64,000 bases of DNA, taken from the NCBI RefSeq assembly GCF_006345805.1, contig NC_043015.1, positions 4,960,001 to 5,024,000 of the forward strand, given 5' to 3'. The translations under genes and the position numbers were made by a program. A model generated the notes under the pieces. That model searched no databases. It was not told the origin of the DNA and saw only the letters and a program-made list of their open reading frames with translations. Origin of the DNA: Octopus sinensis. Taxonomy: Eukaryota. Below are positions 1 to 12,622 of this stretch, piece after piece (position 1 is the stretch's first letter; each line of letters opens with the position of its first letter).

Positions 1-60
1 CGCTACGATGTTTCATATAATTTGGTATTGAGATTACGTACATACATACAAAGATACATA

Positions 61-103
61 CATTCTTAAGTACAAACACACACACATATGTATAGGTATA
101 GAT

Positions 104-156
<53 letters not shown>

Positions 157-334
157 GTGTGTATGTGTGTGTGTGTGTGTGTGTATGTGTGTATGTGTGT
201 GTATATGAACAAAATAAATATGTTAACATAGAGATTGTGTTAATCTGTTAGATGGACAAATAGATAGATGGCATAAATATATGCATGTATATATAAATAT
301 ATACACACCTACCTACACCATACACACACATATG

Positions 335-370
<36 letters not shown>

Positions 371-394
371 CGTGCGCGCACACGTATATATACA

Positions 395-464
<70 letters not shown>

Positions 465-490
465 GTATATACACGCACACAAGTATATAA
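61..490. repeat. Compound (TA)n/(TG)n/(TATG)n microsatellite
   Basis: Long dinucleotide runs are visible directly; they generate the YIYI ORFs at 281-603. Confidence 0.95.
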
Positions 491-1640
491 AGATATAGAA
501 AGAGTGGGAGAGAGAAATCATCCTGCTGGCTATGGAGAAAGAACGTTGAGTTAAGCTGGAAGCTACTAGATGCTTTAGGAGCGACTCCCTTGCTGACCAC
601 CAAAATTGTGTATGCTATGGTTCGAGGTCAAACTCCGCGTTGATCGTTGGCTACTGCCTGACAACATCAATTTTACCTGTTCAAAATTACATTAGCCGTT
701 AACCGTAGGAAAAGTATAGTCTTTTATATTTTTATAAATAATATTATAGATAGATGGCTACATAGGTAGATATAAGTAGATGAACTCGCCTCCGCGTGTG
801 ATTGTGATTATGTGGGCGATACAATAATGGAAGCGCCTTTGTTGAAAGGGAAAAAAATGGTATGTTTTCTTAAACACTTCTTAGAAATCACCCCCGGTTT
901 CCTTCAAAAATCATAAGCATAAAGCTTTTTGCTTGTATGTAATGCAGCTACAAATTACTCGATATTCGCTAGCTTAATTTATACATTTGATTTTGGCCCT
1001 GTATTATTAATTAAAGAATGTGAAATATACTCTATGTGAAAAATGTCCTGACTAAAAATGACGGAATTACCCTTTACGTTAAAAAATATAACAATGTAAG
1101 CACGCTAGTAATATGCTTTAGAGTGCGGAAATATATGAAGAATTCACTGATAATTTAGTGATAATTTTTAAAGAAATCATTCTTAGTAGTTGCCCAAGAA
1201 ATAGGCTGTCATCGCTACAGGTCCCTGAATTTGCATACTTGTGATTCTAAAACTAACCACTATATCTTAAACCCGGCTGCTACATGCAGTTACAAAATGT
1301 TCTAATATAAGCTTTAGAGGGAAAATCATGGACAGGTTTTTGTTGAGTGAGCGACAAAACATAATGCTTTTCTTAAGAGATTCTCTACTATTTTTGTCAC
1401 CCACCAAAGCACAGCAATTGAACATATAGTTTTCTGTAAGTATTTCCCTCAAAACAGATTAATGATATCTGAGCTATCACAAGGCGGTGAGCTGGCAGAT
1501 CCAATTGCATGCCACACCAAATGCTTAGAGACATTTAGTCTGAGTACAAGACGTAAGAAAGAGAAGGTTTTAGTGCAGTTTCCTCGGACGGATATTTAAT
1601 CACAGATAATGAATAAAGAAATATATAAATCGAGTTTATC

Positions 1641-1838
1641 AATAATTCCTTCTACTGTAGACACAAGGGCTGAAGTCGACTTCATTGATACCAGTGTTTC
1701 ACTGGTGCTTAGTTTATCGACCCCGAAAGGATGAAAGGCAAAGTCGACCTCGGTGGAATTTGAACTCAGAACACAAATACAGACGAAATGCCGTTAAACA
1801 TTTCGCCTGGCCTGGTAACGATACTGCCAGATCACCGC
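1641..1838 (-). mobile_element. tRNA-derived SINE, family A (Meta-domain-like core)
   Basis: The minus strand has a head GCGGTGATCTGGCAG..., a B-box-like GAGTTCAAATTCC and the core CCTTTCATCCTTTCGGGGTCGATAAA. The same core recurs at 31.7-32.1k, 41.4k, 44.2k and 60.3k. Confidence 0.9.
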
Positions 1839-2301
1839 TTTAGAGTCTGTCAATGATAACGTTCTATGAAACCAGTTCAATGATGTGAATTGTTACCTTA
1901 GTTCTGGCTGCCTGATTATATCCCAAATCGTCCATATCCACATTTATGCTCTGCATAGTGTGCACACTATATACATTCACCACTGAACACTGAACTACTC
2001 ACGCAGCTACGAAACAATATAACATCAATTATGCTCTACAAAATCATTAAATGAAAGAACATGATAATACATAAAGTAACATAATTGATGTCAAGCGTTA
2101 TCAACCATCAATGGGGTTCAAAAATATACACTCTATAACAGTAGAGGCCATGTTGCTATCTAATAATATTCCATATTCCGCAGAATTAAGACCAGAGCCT
2201 GAAATGCAATACCAACCGCACAACATATATTAAATGTAAAATCTAATGAAGTAACTACTGCAGGGACTACCCTGGAAATTTTCATATTACATATTACATA
2301 C

Positions 2302-2377
2302 AGTTCTCGGTTGTCTTGAAACTTGACTTTGAGGCACATCGCACAAATTGCACACTGCGTATGAAACGGAAGGGTAA
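2302..2377 (-). CDS. Candidate 76-nt spliced exon of an unidentified gene
   Basis: Strong acceptor TTTTTTTTTCTTTTATTTCAG and donor GTATGT flank a GC-richer segment. It is open in all three frames and the protein is not recognised. Confidence 0.35.
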
Positions 2378-3735
2378 CTGAAATAAAAGAAAAAAAAACC
2401 CTGTTGAAAATACACTATGAACAGAAATAGCACTAAATTTATTAGACACTGAAAAGAAAAGGAAATAACAAAACCCACGACAAATCGAATTGTAACATCC
2501 ACCAAGTGATTACGTAGCAGAGACTTGTGCAACACAAATATCACAACAGGTGTAGCACAGGAAAAAAAACCACGTAAATATTTTAGAAACAAGAAAATAA
2601 TAAGTATATGACATAGACAGAAGTATTATAATTTTCTACTTTTGCCAACATTGATATCATAGAAATACGGGAATACCATAAATACAAAAGAAAGAAAAAA
2701 GTTTTTTTTTTTTTTTATATTTCTTATTCTTCCATATTTCTTTCATGAAATTGGACAGAATCAGAGACAGTCATTATTTAATGCATTACTATATAAATGT
2801 AACCAACATTATAGCATTCAAAATGTTTTAAACCTTTTTACTGTATTTATTCGCTATATTGCAGCTATTAGAATACATTGACTCTAATGTTGTACGCTGT
2901 CATATCGAGACGTGCGGGAATTGTTTTAAATCTAATCAACAAATCGTGAAATGTCCGTTACAAATGAAAATTGGTGGTGGTGTTGATTTTTGGATAAACT
3001 GATTAAAGAAAACGCAAACAGGACCACACGCACCCACATATATGAGCGTGTTGATCAAACAACAAAGGCATTTAATCCATCTCATACGATAAATGAAATA
3101 GTACATTAAAATCGAAATTTCCACGTGTATAATCAACATTACCATCATTATAGTTATCATCATTATCAATATCATCATGTGGTAGAAATTCTTATATGTC
3201 TTCGTGTTCAACAAAATGTATTGTGCCGATAAAGAAATGCCTAATATGTATCATCATTAAATTGTGTTCCCTTATTTCTACAACAGTGTCAACCGTAATG
3301 GAGGGTGTTGTTTTAAGGACGACCTAAATTGCACACTGCCCTGTGTCGACATACAGAGGTACTCGAGTGGAAGATCTATAATGCATCTCAACCACATGAA
3401 CCCTGCGAATGTGATTCCTTTTAAGATTTTCCCGATAGCTTAGATTTCTGTATTATGTTGAGAAGTTTATATGCTAACCAAGCTCTGAGGAAATGGCTTC
3501 CTATATGCCATTGTGCACACTATCTAACTCCCGAGATACATGAAAGCAATTAGAGATTGTATCGGGCTTTCAAATTATAAGGCAATTATATCATCCAAGT
3601 GTACTCTGTTAAATTTTGCATTTCCAGCGTTAACAACGGTGGCCGATGCTACCTGAAAGCTTATAACGCATTATGAAATATATTAGTAGTTCCTTAAATC
3701 GCCTCTGATATTAGAGTAATATAATCAGCATTATG

Positions 3736-4861
3736 TATTGAGTTGGCAACTAGGTTCCCACCGTTTTCTTAAATTAAAATTTTTGAAAATGTTTAATAAA
3801 AATATAACAACTAATTAAACGATAATGTATTCACCCTTGTTGTTTAGAACTTTTTCCCAACATTAAACCAGATTCTCAATACCACGTTGGTAGAAATCAA
3901 TCGATTTCGACTCGAAAAATTGATCCAACCAAGCTTTCAATTCTGCATCAGTATTGAAAGAAACTCCACGCATAGCAATTGAAAGAAACTCCACGCATAG
4001 CAATTGAAAGATATCGAAAGAGGTGGAAATCCGTCGGTGGCAAGTCACGAGAGTACCGCGGGTTTGGCAGCACTTCACAGCCATGCGTTTGAATGGCTTC
4101 CTTGGTCATATTGGCGATACGAGGGCTGGCGTTGTCGTGCAGCAGAACTGCCAATTAGGGCTCTTCTCTTGAAAAGACCTGTTGAGTCGTTCCATATGAT
4201 GAACAGAGAGTTCCACGTTGACCGTTTGGTTCCGTTCAAGCAATTCGTAATGGATAATCACTTCCCAGTCCCACAACATCGTTTTACGCGGACGAAGATC
4301 TTGTTTCACGCGCGGTGTCATTTGTTTATCGGGTGTAAGTCATTCCATATTTCATCACCAGTAACGATTCGGTAAAGAAAATCATTGCTTCTGTCCATGA
4401 GTTGAGCGGTGACAAGCAAACAAACCAGCGGAAATTGTGGCTCGTTGAGAATTGTCGTTGTCACATGGGTTCTGCATGCTTTAAAGTATGCGGAACACAT
4501 GCTCCATACATCTGAACACTTCGAATCGAGTGAAGATGCTTCTCTATAGCAGTATGGGAGCATTTCATTTTCTCTGCCAGTTTCCTTGTCGTTTGACGAG
4601 CATTTTCTTGGAAAAGTTGGTTTAATCGCTCTTCATCAAATTCAACTGGACAGCCAGAACGAAGGGCGACTTTGAGGGCAAAATTTCAATTTTTGAACTT
4701 GGCATAACAATCATGAGCGGTTCTTTCAGCTATGGTACCCTCTCTCCATACACAGCTGAAATGTCGCGAGCATCTTTTGCAGCCTTAGAACCTTGATTAA
4801 AAACAAAAAGGAGGTGTCAAAAAGGCTCGTTTTCCTTTTCATTGTTTCCTATTTTCTGCAC
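3736..4861 (-). mobile_element. Decayed mariner (DD34D; mellifera/Mos1-like TIR), one end truncated
   Basis: TA plus TIR TTGAGTTGGCAACTAGG at 3736. Frameshifted transposase motifs RIVTGDEIW, LHDNASPR, YSRDLPPTDFHLFR and WEKVLNNKGEY. Internal 25-bp tandem duplication at 3953-4002. Confidence 0.92.
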
Positions 4862-5799
4862 CTGTGTATATATGTATGCGTAAACAACCATGCCTAGAAA
4901 AAAAGTGTCAAATTTGTCCACAATGTCGAGGTCAGCCAAAAGAATGTCTCTGAGAGACAGGTGTAGAGAGGGAGACATACCAAGAAAGGAACAGACTATG
5001 CATTACAAAAGACAGAGCATCTCAAAGTGATGAACAGAAGTATGCACGGCTAACAAGGAATAGGATCTCCACTGCATAACGAAGATCAGTCGCAACAGCT
5101 CAGAGAAGCAATATATATGAAGTAGCTTTCAATTATGATCCAGCAGTTAATTATGCAGATGACACTAGAGTTTCCATTGGTGCAATGACTACTGAGTGCA
5201 TACATTGTAAAGTAAGGAAGTGGCCTGGAGAGACACATGCACTGTGCTGTAATGTTGGAAACATTAAACTCCTTGCAATTCCCTAACCTCCAAAGACACT
5301 GAAGAAATGTTGTCATCAACTGATCAATATTCGAAGCTCTTCCAAAACAAAATTAGAAAATACAACGCTGCATTACAGATGACATTATTTGGAGTCATAG
5401 CATATTTAACTGAGCCAGGATTCATGCAAACTTTCAAGATATTAGGTCAGATTTATCATCGGATTGGCACTTTACAACATCTGTCAAATGAATCATCAAC
5501 GTCGATCTTTCATCGTATATCATATGTCCGAGTTTGTTTGATTTTTACTACGAAAAAGCTACACAAAAAGTGTTTATAAATTACGTGTATCTACTTTATA
5601 TGCATACTTTATATACGAGTTGAAAACTCTCCTTTAACATTTCACATAACGTCTAAGTTCCATGCTGGCATGGGTTGGAGTGTTATTAATGTAGGAAGTT
5701 GGTATCTCAGCTATTAGCAGTTGAGGCCTGCGTAATCTAGACGGCATTTTTAAACTTCATCATTCGCTTAACACGCGCGACGCTTGGTATTACTGCTAG
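4862..5799 (+). mobile_element. Internally deleted Helitron (Rep N-terminus plus 3' CTAG terminus)
   Basis: Translation gives MPRKK..., CIHCKVRKWPGETHALCCNVG and IRKYNAALQMTLFG...GFMQTFKILGQIYHRIGTL, typical of the Helitron Rep N-terminus. It ends in GC-rich CGCGCGACGCTTGGTATTACTGCTAG followed by T (CTAG at 5796-5799). The 5' boundary is approximate. Confidence 0.88.
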
Positions 5800-5982
5800 T
5801 ATGTATATATGTATGTGTGTGTGTATATATATATATTTATATATATATGTGAGTGTGTGTGTGTATGTATATATGTAAATATAGATAGATAGATAGATAG
5901 ATAGCTAGATAGATAGATAGATGCATATATGGATAGATAGATAGATAGATAGATAGATAGAGAAATAGAGGGATAAATAGAT
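5800..5982. repeat. (TA)n/(TG)n/(GATA)n microsatellite
   Basis: Visible directly. Confidence 0.9.
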
Positions 5983-5983
5983 A

Positions 5984-6300
5984 GGTGGTTAGGGCGTGCG
6001 GACGCGCGGTCGTAAGATCGCATTTTCGATTCCCTGACCAGGCATTGTATTAAGTATTTATTGAGCGAAATCACAAAGCTCCACGATGATCCGGCAGTGG
6101 TTGCTGGGGAACACTGCTGTATTCTTTCACTACAACTTTCTCTCTCTCTCTCTTTCTTCCTCCTTCTGTTGTACCTTTACTTGAAAGGACCCACATTGTC
6201 ACACTCTTCGTCACACTGAATCTCCCCGAGAACTTCGTTAAGGGTACACGTGTCTGTGGAGTGCTCATACACTTGCACTTTAATAAATGAACTGCGATGT
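5984..6300 (+). mobile_element. tRNA-derived SINE, family C (tRNA-Arg-like head), 5'-clipped
   Basis: A-box remnant GGTGGTTAGGG and B-box-like TTCGATTCC. The body aligns by eye with 53728-54062 and with the minus copy at 15828-16161. Confidence 0.88.
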
Positions 6301-6321
6301 CACTGGTACCAAGGTTCATTG

Positions 6322-6480
6322 GCATATGCCTTTCTCTTGGATAACATTGCGTGGAGATGGGTCGCTAGTATACATGGGCGACTGCTGGTCTTCCCTAAAC
6401 AACTTTGGCCAGACTTGAGCCTCGGATGGTAACTTTCTAGGTGCTATCCCATGGCAATTATGACCGAAGGGGTTCACAAG
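6322..6480 (+). repeat. Unclassified interspersed repeat abutting the SINE
   Basis: GC-richer block (...GGTAACTTTCTAGGTGCTATCCCATGG...GACCGAAGGGG) ending at a TA run. It resembles a repeat I recall from octopus DNA; there is no second copy in the window. Confidence 0.35.
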
Positions 6481-8529
6481 GATATATATATATATACATA
6501 CATAGTTATATATATATAGGTGTGTGCGTGTGTGTGTGTGTGTGTGCGTGTGTGTGTGCGTGTGTGTATGTGTGTGTATGTATGTATGTATATATCCGTC
6601 AATACACAGTTGATTAATTTTAAGAGGTAGAACTTATTCCTCCAATATGCTACGAGACACTAGTCAACTCTCCTTTTTTTCTACTTTTACGAAATCTTAC
6701 TCTCTACCCAAAACGGCACTAAATGTTTTGCTGAATCAATGTTGCATAGAAATACAAGCTTTCGGAATTCTATCACTACACAGACGTCGATCTGTAGAGA
6801 TTCAAACTAAATATAAACGGCATCGATCTTGGGAAAAATTCGAGGTTTTGTAAATATTATTGGCGCTGACTCTCAGTCTCTCACGTATTAGCAAAAGAGA
6901 ATACATAAGAGAAGCTGTTAGAAGCAATAAAATTGAAAAGTGGTGCAGTAATGTGTATGAAGAAAAGTAATGAGAAATACGAGAACGGTTGTGTACTAAG
7001 AGCATACATTCCTAAAATAGCACTTGCAGATGAGAACAAAGGAAATACTTTACAAATCAAGCGACAGCATTGATATAACCTATGTAAATCACATATAATA
7101 TGCACCACAGCAGAAATTTTCAAACAGAAAAATAAAGGAGGGGAATATTAGATAAGGAAAGAAATAGCTAGTCACCGTGGAATATATGATAAAACGATGA
7201 AACTTTAGCTAACACAGAAATAGTTTTATTTTTTTTATATAATATTAAGAGAAATACATTATCATAGATAACATGAAAAATGAAATACAAAGTATATTAC
7301 AGAAATTGAATTAAATATAAGGCAGACATTCCGGAAATTGTAGAATATATAGAAAAAAATATTGCTTGTCTCAGATCACACTGAGGCAACATAAAAAGAA
7401 AGAATACCGATTTATGGTAAAATATGCTTAGTAAAACTAGACACATGCTGCATAGGGAAGGCAATATGAAGAAAAATGTTATATAAATGAAGCGTAGAAG
7501 TATAAATGGATCAGTCAAGGAAATAAAATATAAGAATAAGTTTCTATAAAATAATGGTCTTTAGTTAAAGATGAAAAGTCATATCTTTGTCTGCTAGACT
7601 GCAGATTACAAAGACATTCCTACCTACTACCAACATGTATACTTCACCGAAGTGCGCGCTTAAGCACACATTGAACTTTATAGGGCTAGCGACTATATCT
7701 GCATGTACATGATACATGTTTCATCTAAATTGTAGCTTGGTATATTTGTGACAATCAGTAATTCCCGCATGTCTAATCGTTCACTCAACTAACTTCATGC
7801 GATATTTCTGCTTGATCAGAGTTGAGATTACACTACACAAGAACAACAGACAGAAACGTACATCACTCCCATAAACACACAGCTTTGGAAATCTCCTAGG
7901 AAAGAGAATTTTTAATAATTCCAGAGAAGATTAATGCGGCAAATATTGTCACTGGGAAAGTTGAAGTTAATCGTAATCAAATAATAGCAAGCACTGCTAC
8001 AACTGAATTGAAATTAAAACTGACTTGCATATTATTTACACCCTCATTTATGCTTTATGCTGTTGTATCATAAAGATATTCTCGAGCGAGTCATTGTTTT
8101 GTTTTCAATGGTAACACATAAACCGTATTTCCTACTTTAAGCCATTGGCCGCATAAGGAATATTTCAAAATATATGCTGAATTAAATATATGTACTCAAA
8201 TGCTGATACATGCTCTTCAAAGATTAAAAAAATAGAGATGAACAATTTGTAAATGCCGTACAAAAAAAAAATTGCAAAGAATACAATATTAATGTAAGTA
8301 TAAATTGAAGTATAGGAAATATATATATGCGTAGATGTGCTTGAAATGATTAAATAAATCTGTGAAACAATGACTTTTTAATAACGGCTCGTAGAGCTTA
8401 TAGAATTATTGCGATAGGTGAATGGAATCGCAAGATTATATATCAATATATGATTTCTTAAAGATTATATATATGCATGAACGAACCTTTGAAGCGGAAA
8501 CATTTTAAAGCATTTAAAGAATTATAAAT

Positions 8530-8716
8530 ACAAGATATATATATATATATACGCACACATATTTATATACATGTACACGTATGTATACGTATTCATATTT
8601 ATACCTATGCATGTGTACATGTAAATACATATCTATCTATATATATCTATATCTATATATACATATATATATATATAGATAGATAGATAGAGAGAGAGAG
8701 AGAGTGAGAGATAAAT

Positions 8717-8770
<54 letters not shown>

Positions 8771-8800
8771 TCACATAGACTCTCATGCACACCTGCTCTC
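8530..8800. repeat. Compound (TA)n/(GA)n/(CA)n microsatellite
   Basis: Visible directly. Confidence 0.9.
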
Positions 8801-9960
8801 ATAAATATATACGAAGCATGAGGGAGAGAAAATATTCTGATTCTACCTATACTGCTTTTCGTCCTCAATATACTTTTTACCAGTTCTAAATCTAAATCTG
8901 CGAGTCCAAGTCCACTTACTTTGTACCGGAAATCCTAATTAAATGTGTATTTCAATGCAACTATTTTAAAACCAGAATGGGGTAATAAAAATAAAATAAT
9001 TGTATCTCATTTAACATTAAATTCATTTTATTGCATATGTCTGCTATACTTGAAGTAATGAAGATGGCTGTAAAAAGTACATATACTCACAAATAAATAT
9101 ATACAATTAAGGAAAATTAATGAATATATGTTTTGCCTACATATACAGAAGAACAGCAATTTAAACAAAATGTTTCATTTGAAAGTCTCTTGGTGGTTAG
9201 CATGGCACTGATTACTATCATGGTACTAACCTTTGGAGCTATATTTGATTTATTTTTAATCTATATAACCTAATCAGTAACGGTCCGATCTGTGTATTTA
9301 TTTCACGATGGAATTAATCTTGTAATTGATCGCAGGATTTTTCGTCATTTTCCATTTTCAGGTAGGAAAGGAGGAATAGCAATCATCACAAAAGAGAAGT
9401 GAAAGAGTCAAAGAAAAGGAAATGAACTCAACCCAAGCTAGTTATTTGTAAAGGTGGTGTGAAGAGTTGTCACTTTAGATTTGAATTGAATTTAACCCTG
9501 CTTATCAATACATCTGAAAGAGTTCCACATAGTTCAGGTATTACAAATTTGAATCACATAACACAGGTGAGGCCGCAGCTATATTAGATATCATTTAGTG
9601 AAAGATCTATGATGGGATGCTGATAAGACAACGGAGTATTTATAATAAAGAATGATTGTCTCAAAAGTGTGGTATCGCAAATCGTTAGTCACACTATACT
9701 TTGCGACAAATGTATTATATTTCAATATCTGTTGTATCGCAATGTACCATATACAAACAAACACAGATTCACGTCTAAATTTCAAAGATCGGAATCTCAC
9801 ACAAGTAGTGCGCAACTGAAATATTACGTATTCTTTATAGGACCTATAGCCGTACAATACCACTTAATTCAAGATTAAAATTGTTTTTGCAAATGGATGC
9901 ACATGGTTGACTACAAACTTGTATGACACTATGTATAAGATAATTTGAATTTAAACTACC

Positions 9961-10356
9961 ATAGGCGCAAGAGTGATGTGTGGTGAATAGCTTGTTTACC
10001 AACGACATGGTTCCGGGTTCAGTCCCACTGCTTGGCATCTTGGACAAGTGTCTTCTACTATAGCTTCGGGCAAACCAAAGCCTTGTGAGTGGATTTCGGT
10101 GACGGAAACTGAAAGAAGCCGGTCGTATATATGTATATATATACATGCGCGTGTGTGTTTGTGTGTCAGTGTTTGTCCCCCCCAACACCGATTGGCAACC
10201 GATGCTGGTGTGTTTACGTCCCCTTTACTTAGCGGTTCGGCAAAATAGGCCGATAGAATAAGTACTAGGCTTACAGTCCCAGGGTCGATTTGCTCGCCTA
10301 AAGGCGGATCTCCAGCGTGGCCGCAGTCAAATGGCTGAAACAAGTAAAAGGGTAAA
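9961..10356 (+). mobile_element. tRNA-derived SINE, family B (internal TA/TG microsatellite), near full length
   Basis: Head ...TGTGTGGT...GGTTCAGTCCCACTG, CTTGGACAAGTGTCTT motif, GGAAACTGAAAGAAGC, and tail CCGCAGTCAAATGGCTGAAACAAGTAAAAG. Many homologues in the window. Confidence 0.93.
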
Positions 10357-10564
10357 AAGTACTTACGAACTTGACTTATGCCGCCGTGACAATAGTTTGG
10401 GTGTATTTTTCGATTGTGATTGATATACACTAAATATAGTTAAGAAGAAAAAGTCATGTAAACCTTTACACAGTTAAGACAAACATTGAATGTATCCAAT
10501 AATTTTCAAAGTATATTTTAATATGCTTCCATGGACTTAACCCCATGTTTCGTATATGCTACCA

Positions 10565-11442
10565 TACGAGGTTGGGCTGAAAAATTGATAGGCTGACTTT
10601 GAGTGAGTGATGCTAGAGCGGTGAAATCTTACATGCGTTAATGTCAGCACTTATAATTATTTACCGCATTGTTCATTCTATGTAATTTAAAATATGGCTA
10701 TTCACAAAACACTGCAAATGTAACTAGTAGCCCAGTCTCTTAAAAAGAGACAAAATTTGGCATCGACTGCTATCATGGATCTGCAGAAAAAGGATTTAAA
10801 CTGTAGCAACTTTCATGCTGACATGTTTGCAATACTCCAGCTTCATCTACAGAGCAAAAGTTGGCAGCTGAGTGGAAGAGTCTTGAAAATAACCCAATGT
10901 CTGGAGATCCTACATCTAAGCGAGGAAATATTGTTGCTTCTCACCTAATGGATGACAGACGATTAACTGCATATCAGATAGCCAAAGCTATTACCATTTC
11001 CTGTGAGTAATATAAGAGTATACTACATAATGAATTTTGCATGACGAAGGTTTCTGCTTGTGGGAGCCACATCTTCTGAAACCTGATCAAAAGTACACCA
11101 CTCTTATCACATCACAAGAAAATGTAACATTGTTGGATTTTCGTGAAAGTTTCCTAACCCTGGTTTCCTAAACATGGTTCATTACTTTGATCCAGAGACG
11201 AAAAAACAATTCATGCAGTAGAAACATCATTTCTACCTGCTCTAAAGAAGGGCAATGTCGTTTCATCTACAGGAAGGTAATGTTCTCAGTGTGTTTAGAT
11301 GCAAATGGCATTGTATTTACTTATTGTTTTCAAAAGGGTCAGTTCATCAATGATGTGTACCATGTCAATTGCTGAGGTAGTTACGAAAGACTATGAAGAC
11401 TAAACGCCCATGGAAAATAACGAAAAGTGTCTCGTCCCTTCA
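10565..11442 (+). mobile_element. Decayed mariner, 3'-truncated
   Basis: TA plus TIR CGAGGTTGGGCTGAAAA. Remnant motifs read HYFDPETKKQFMQ and KVMFSVCLDANGIVF...QKGQFIN. Confidence 0.82.
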
Positions 11443-11448
11443 GTAGCA

Positions 11449-12388
11449 TATTAGGACGTCATATCTGCTGTTGATATGGTGGAGTTTTCAGCCTTCAAGA
11501 TCAAGATCGAACAGGACATCAAGTTAAGTTTGATGATAGCTCCTTGAGGTATTACTTGAAGAAGATCCTGCATTATCAGTTGAAGAATTGGCAATAAAGA
11601 TTAGTTCAAACCATACAACTGTTTATCATCATCTTCAACAACTTAGGAAGGATCCTAAACTTGGAAAATGAGTGCCTCATGAATTATCCGAAAGCAACCG
11701 CAAATCCCGAGTTGACCTCTGGTCTTATCTACATTTCTGCGAACTCCTTTCACCCTTTTCGGATAGACTTGTGACTGGTTACGAAAAATGAATCTTCTAT
11801 CGAAATGTTAAACAGTGGCTTGGAAGGGAAATTCATGGGTAAAAGTTACTTCTCTCTATCTTGTGGGATAGCAAAGGTGTTATTCACCTTGATTTGTTAC
11901 CACCTAATGCAACAATAAATGCTCAAGTCTACTATCAGCAATTAGAGCATTTGACCCAAGCTTTGAAGAAAAAGACTCGCTTTATTGAATCGAAAATGAG
12001 TGATGTTTCGTTAGGACAATGCGTGACCCCACATTGCAAATATCACAATACAGAAAGCCTAAGATATTGGTTGAGAAAAAAACCTCATCCACCTTATTCT
12101 CCAGACCTTGCTCCTTGAGACTACCATATGTGTCGTAGTTTAAAGAATCATTTGGGTGACATATCGTTCGCAAGCCAGGAGGAGGTGAAAACTGACGTTA
12201 ACAGAGTTCTTCACTTTGAAACCAAAAGAGTTTTATATTGATGGGATTAAAAAGCTTGTAATTAGGTGGAAGGAAATCATAGATAATCAGGAAAAGTACA
12301 TTGATGATTAAATTTCCATTAAATATAACATTTGATGATTTGTTTTCTTTATGCAAAACTGTGACAGATCTTATGGGATGACCTGATA
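11449..12388 (+). mobile_element. Decayed Mos1-like mariner with 5' internal deletion
   Basis: Motifs *VPHELS, DRLVTGYEK, WDSKGVIHLDLLP, PHPPYSPDLAP*DYH. The right TIR is CTTATGGGATGACCTGATA; a short left-TIR remnant TATTAGGACGTC is present. Confidence 0.9.
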
Positions 12389-12417
12389 CTATTTTTAAAC
12401 TCCTGCTACTTGTAACA

Positions 12418-12622
12418 TTTGTTTTGCTGAACCGTTGAGTTTCGCGGACGAAACACATCAACAGTCGATGTTATGTACTGGTGCCTAGTTTTAGTGTGAA
12501 CCAGTGGTCTGGTTGGCCCAGGCCTTAGTAGAAAATTTTTGCCAAATTTGCCATCATGTAGGATTGAACACGGAGACATGTGTTTGGGAAGAAGTTTTCT
12601 TACAGCACAGCCTACCAGCCCT
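12418..12622 (-). mobile_element. Degenerate family B SINE
   Basis: The reverse complement aligns with the family B head (GCTGTGCTGTAAGAAAACTTCTTCCCAAACACATG) and with the TGTGTTT(A)CGTCC...CGGTTCAGCAAAA segment. Confidence 0.7.

Noticed and set aside
6913-7075. 54-codon frame with faint Helitron-helicase resemblance (IPKIAL...IKRQ)
   Set aside because: No conserved helicase motif is intact and there are no splice or terminal signals.
12425-12480. Hammerhead-like CCGTTGAG-TTTCGCGGAC-GAAAC
   Set aside because: A6 is absent, stem I does not form, and the sequence is the antisense of a decayed family B SINE.
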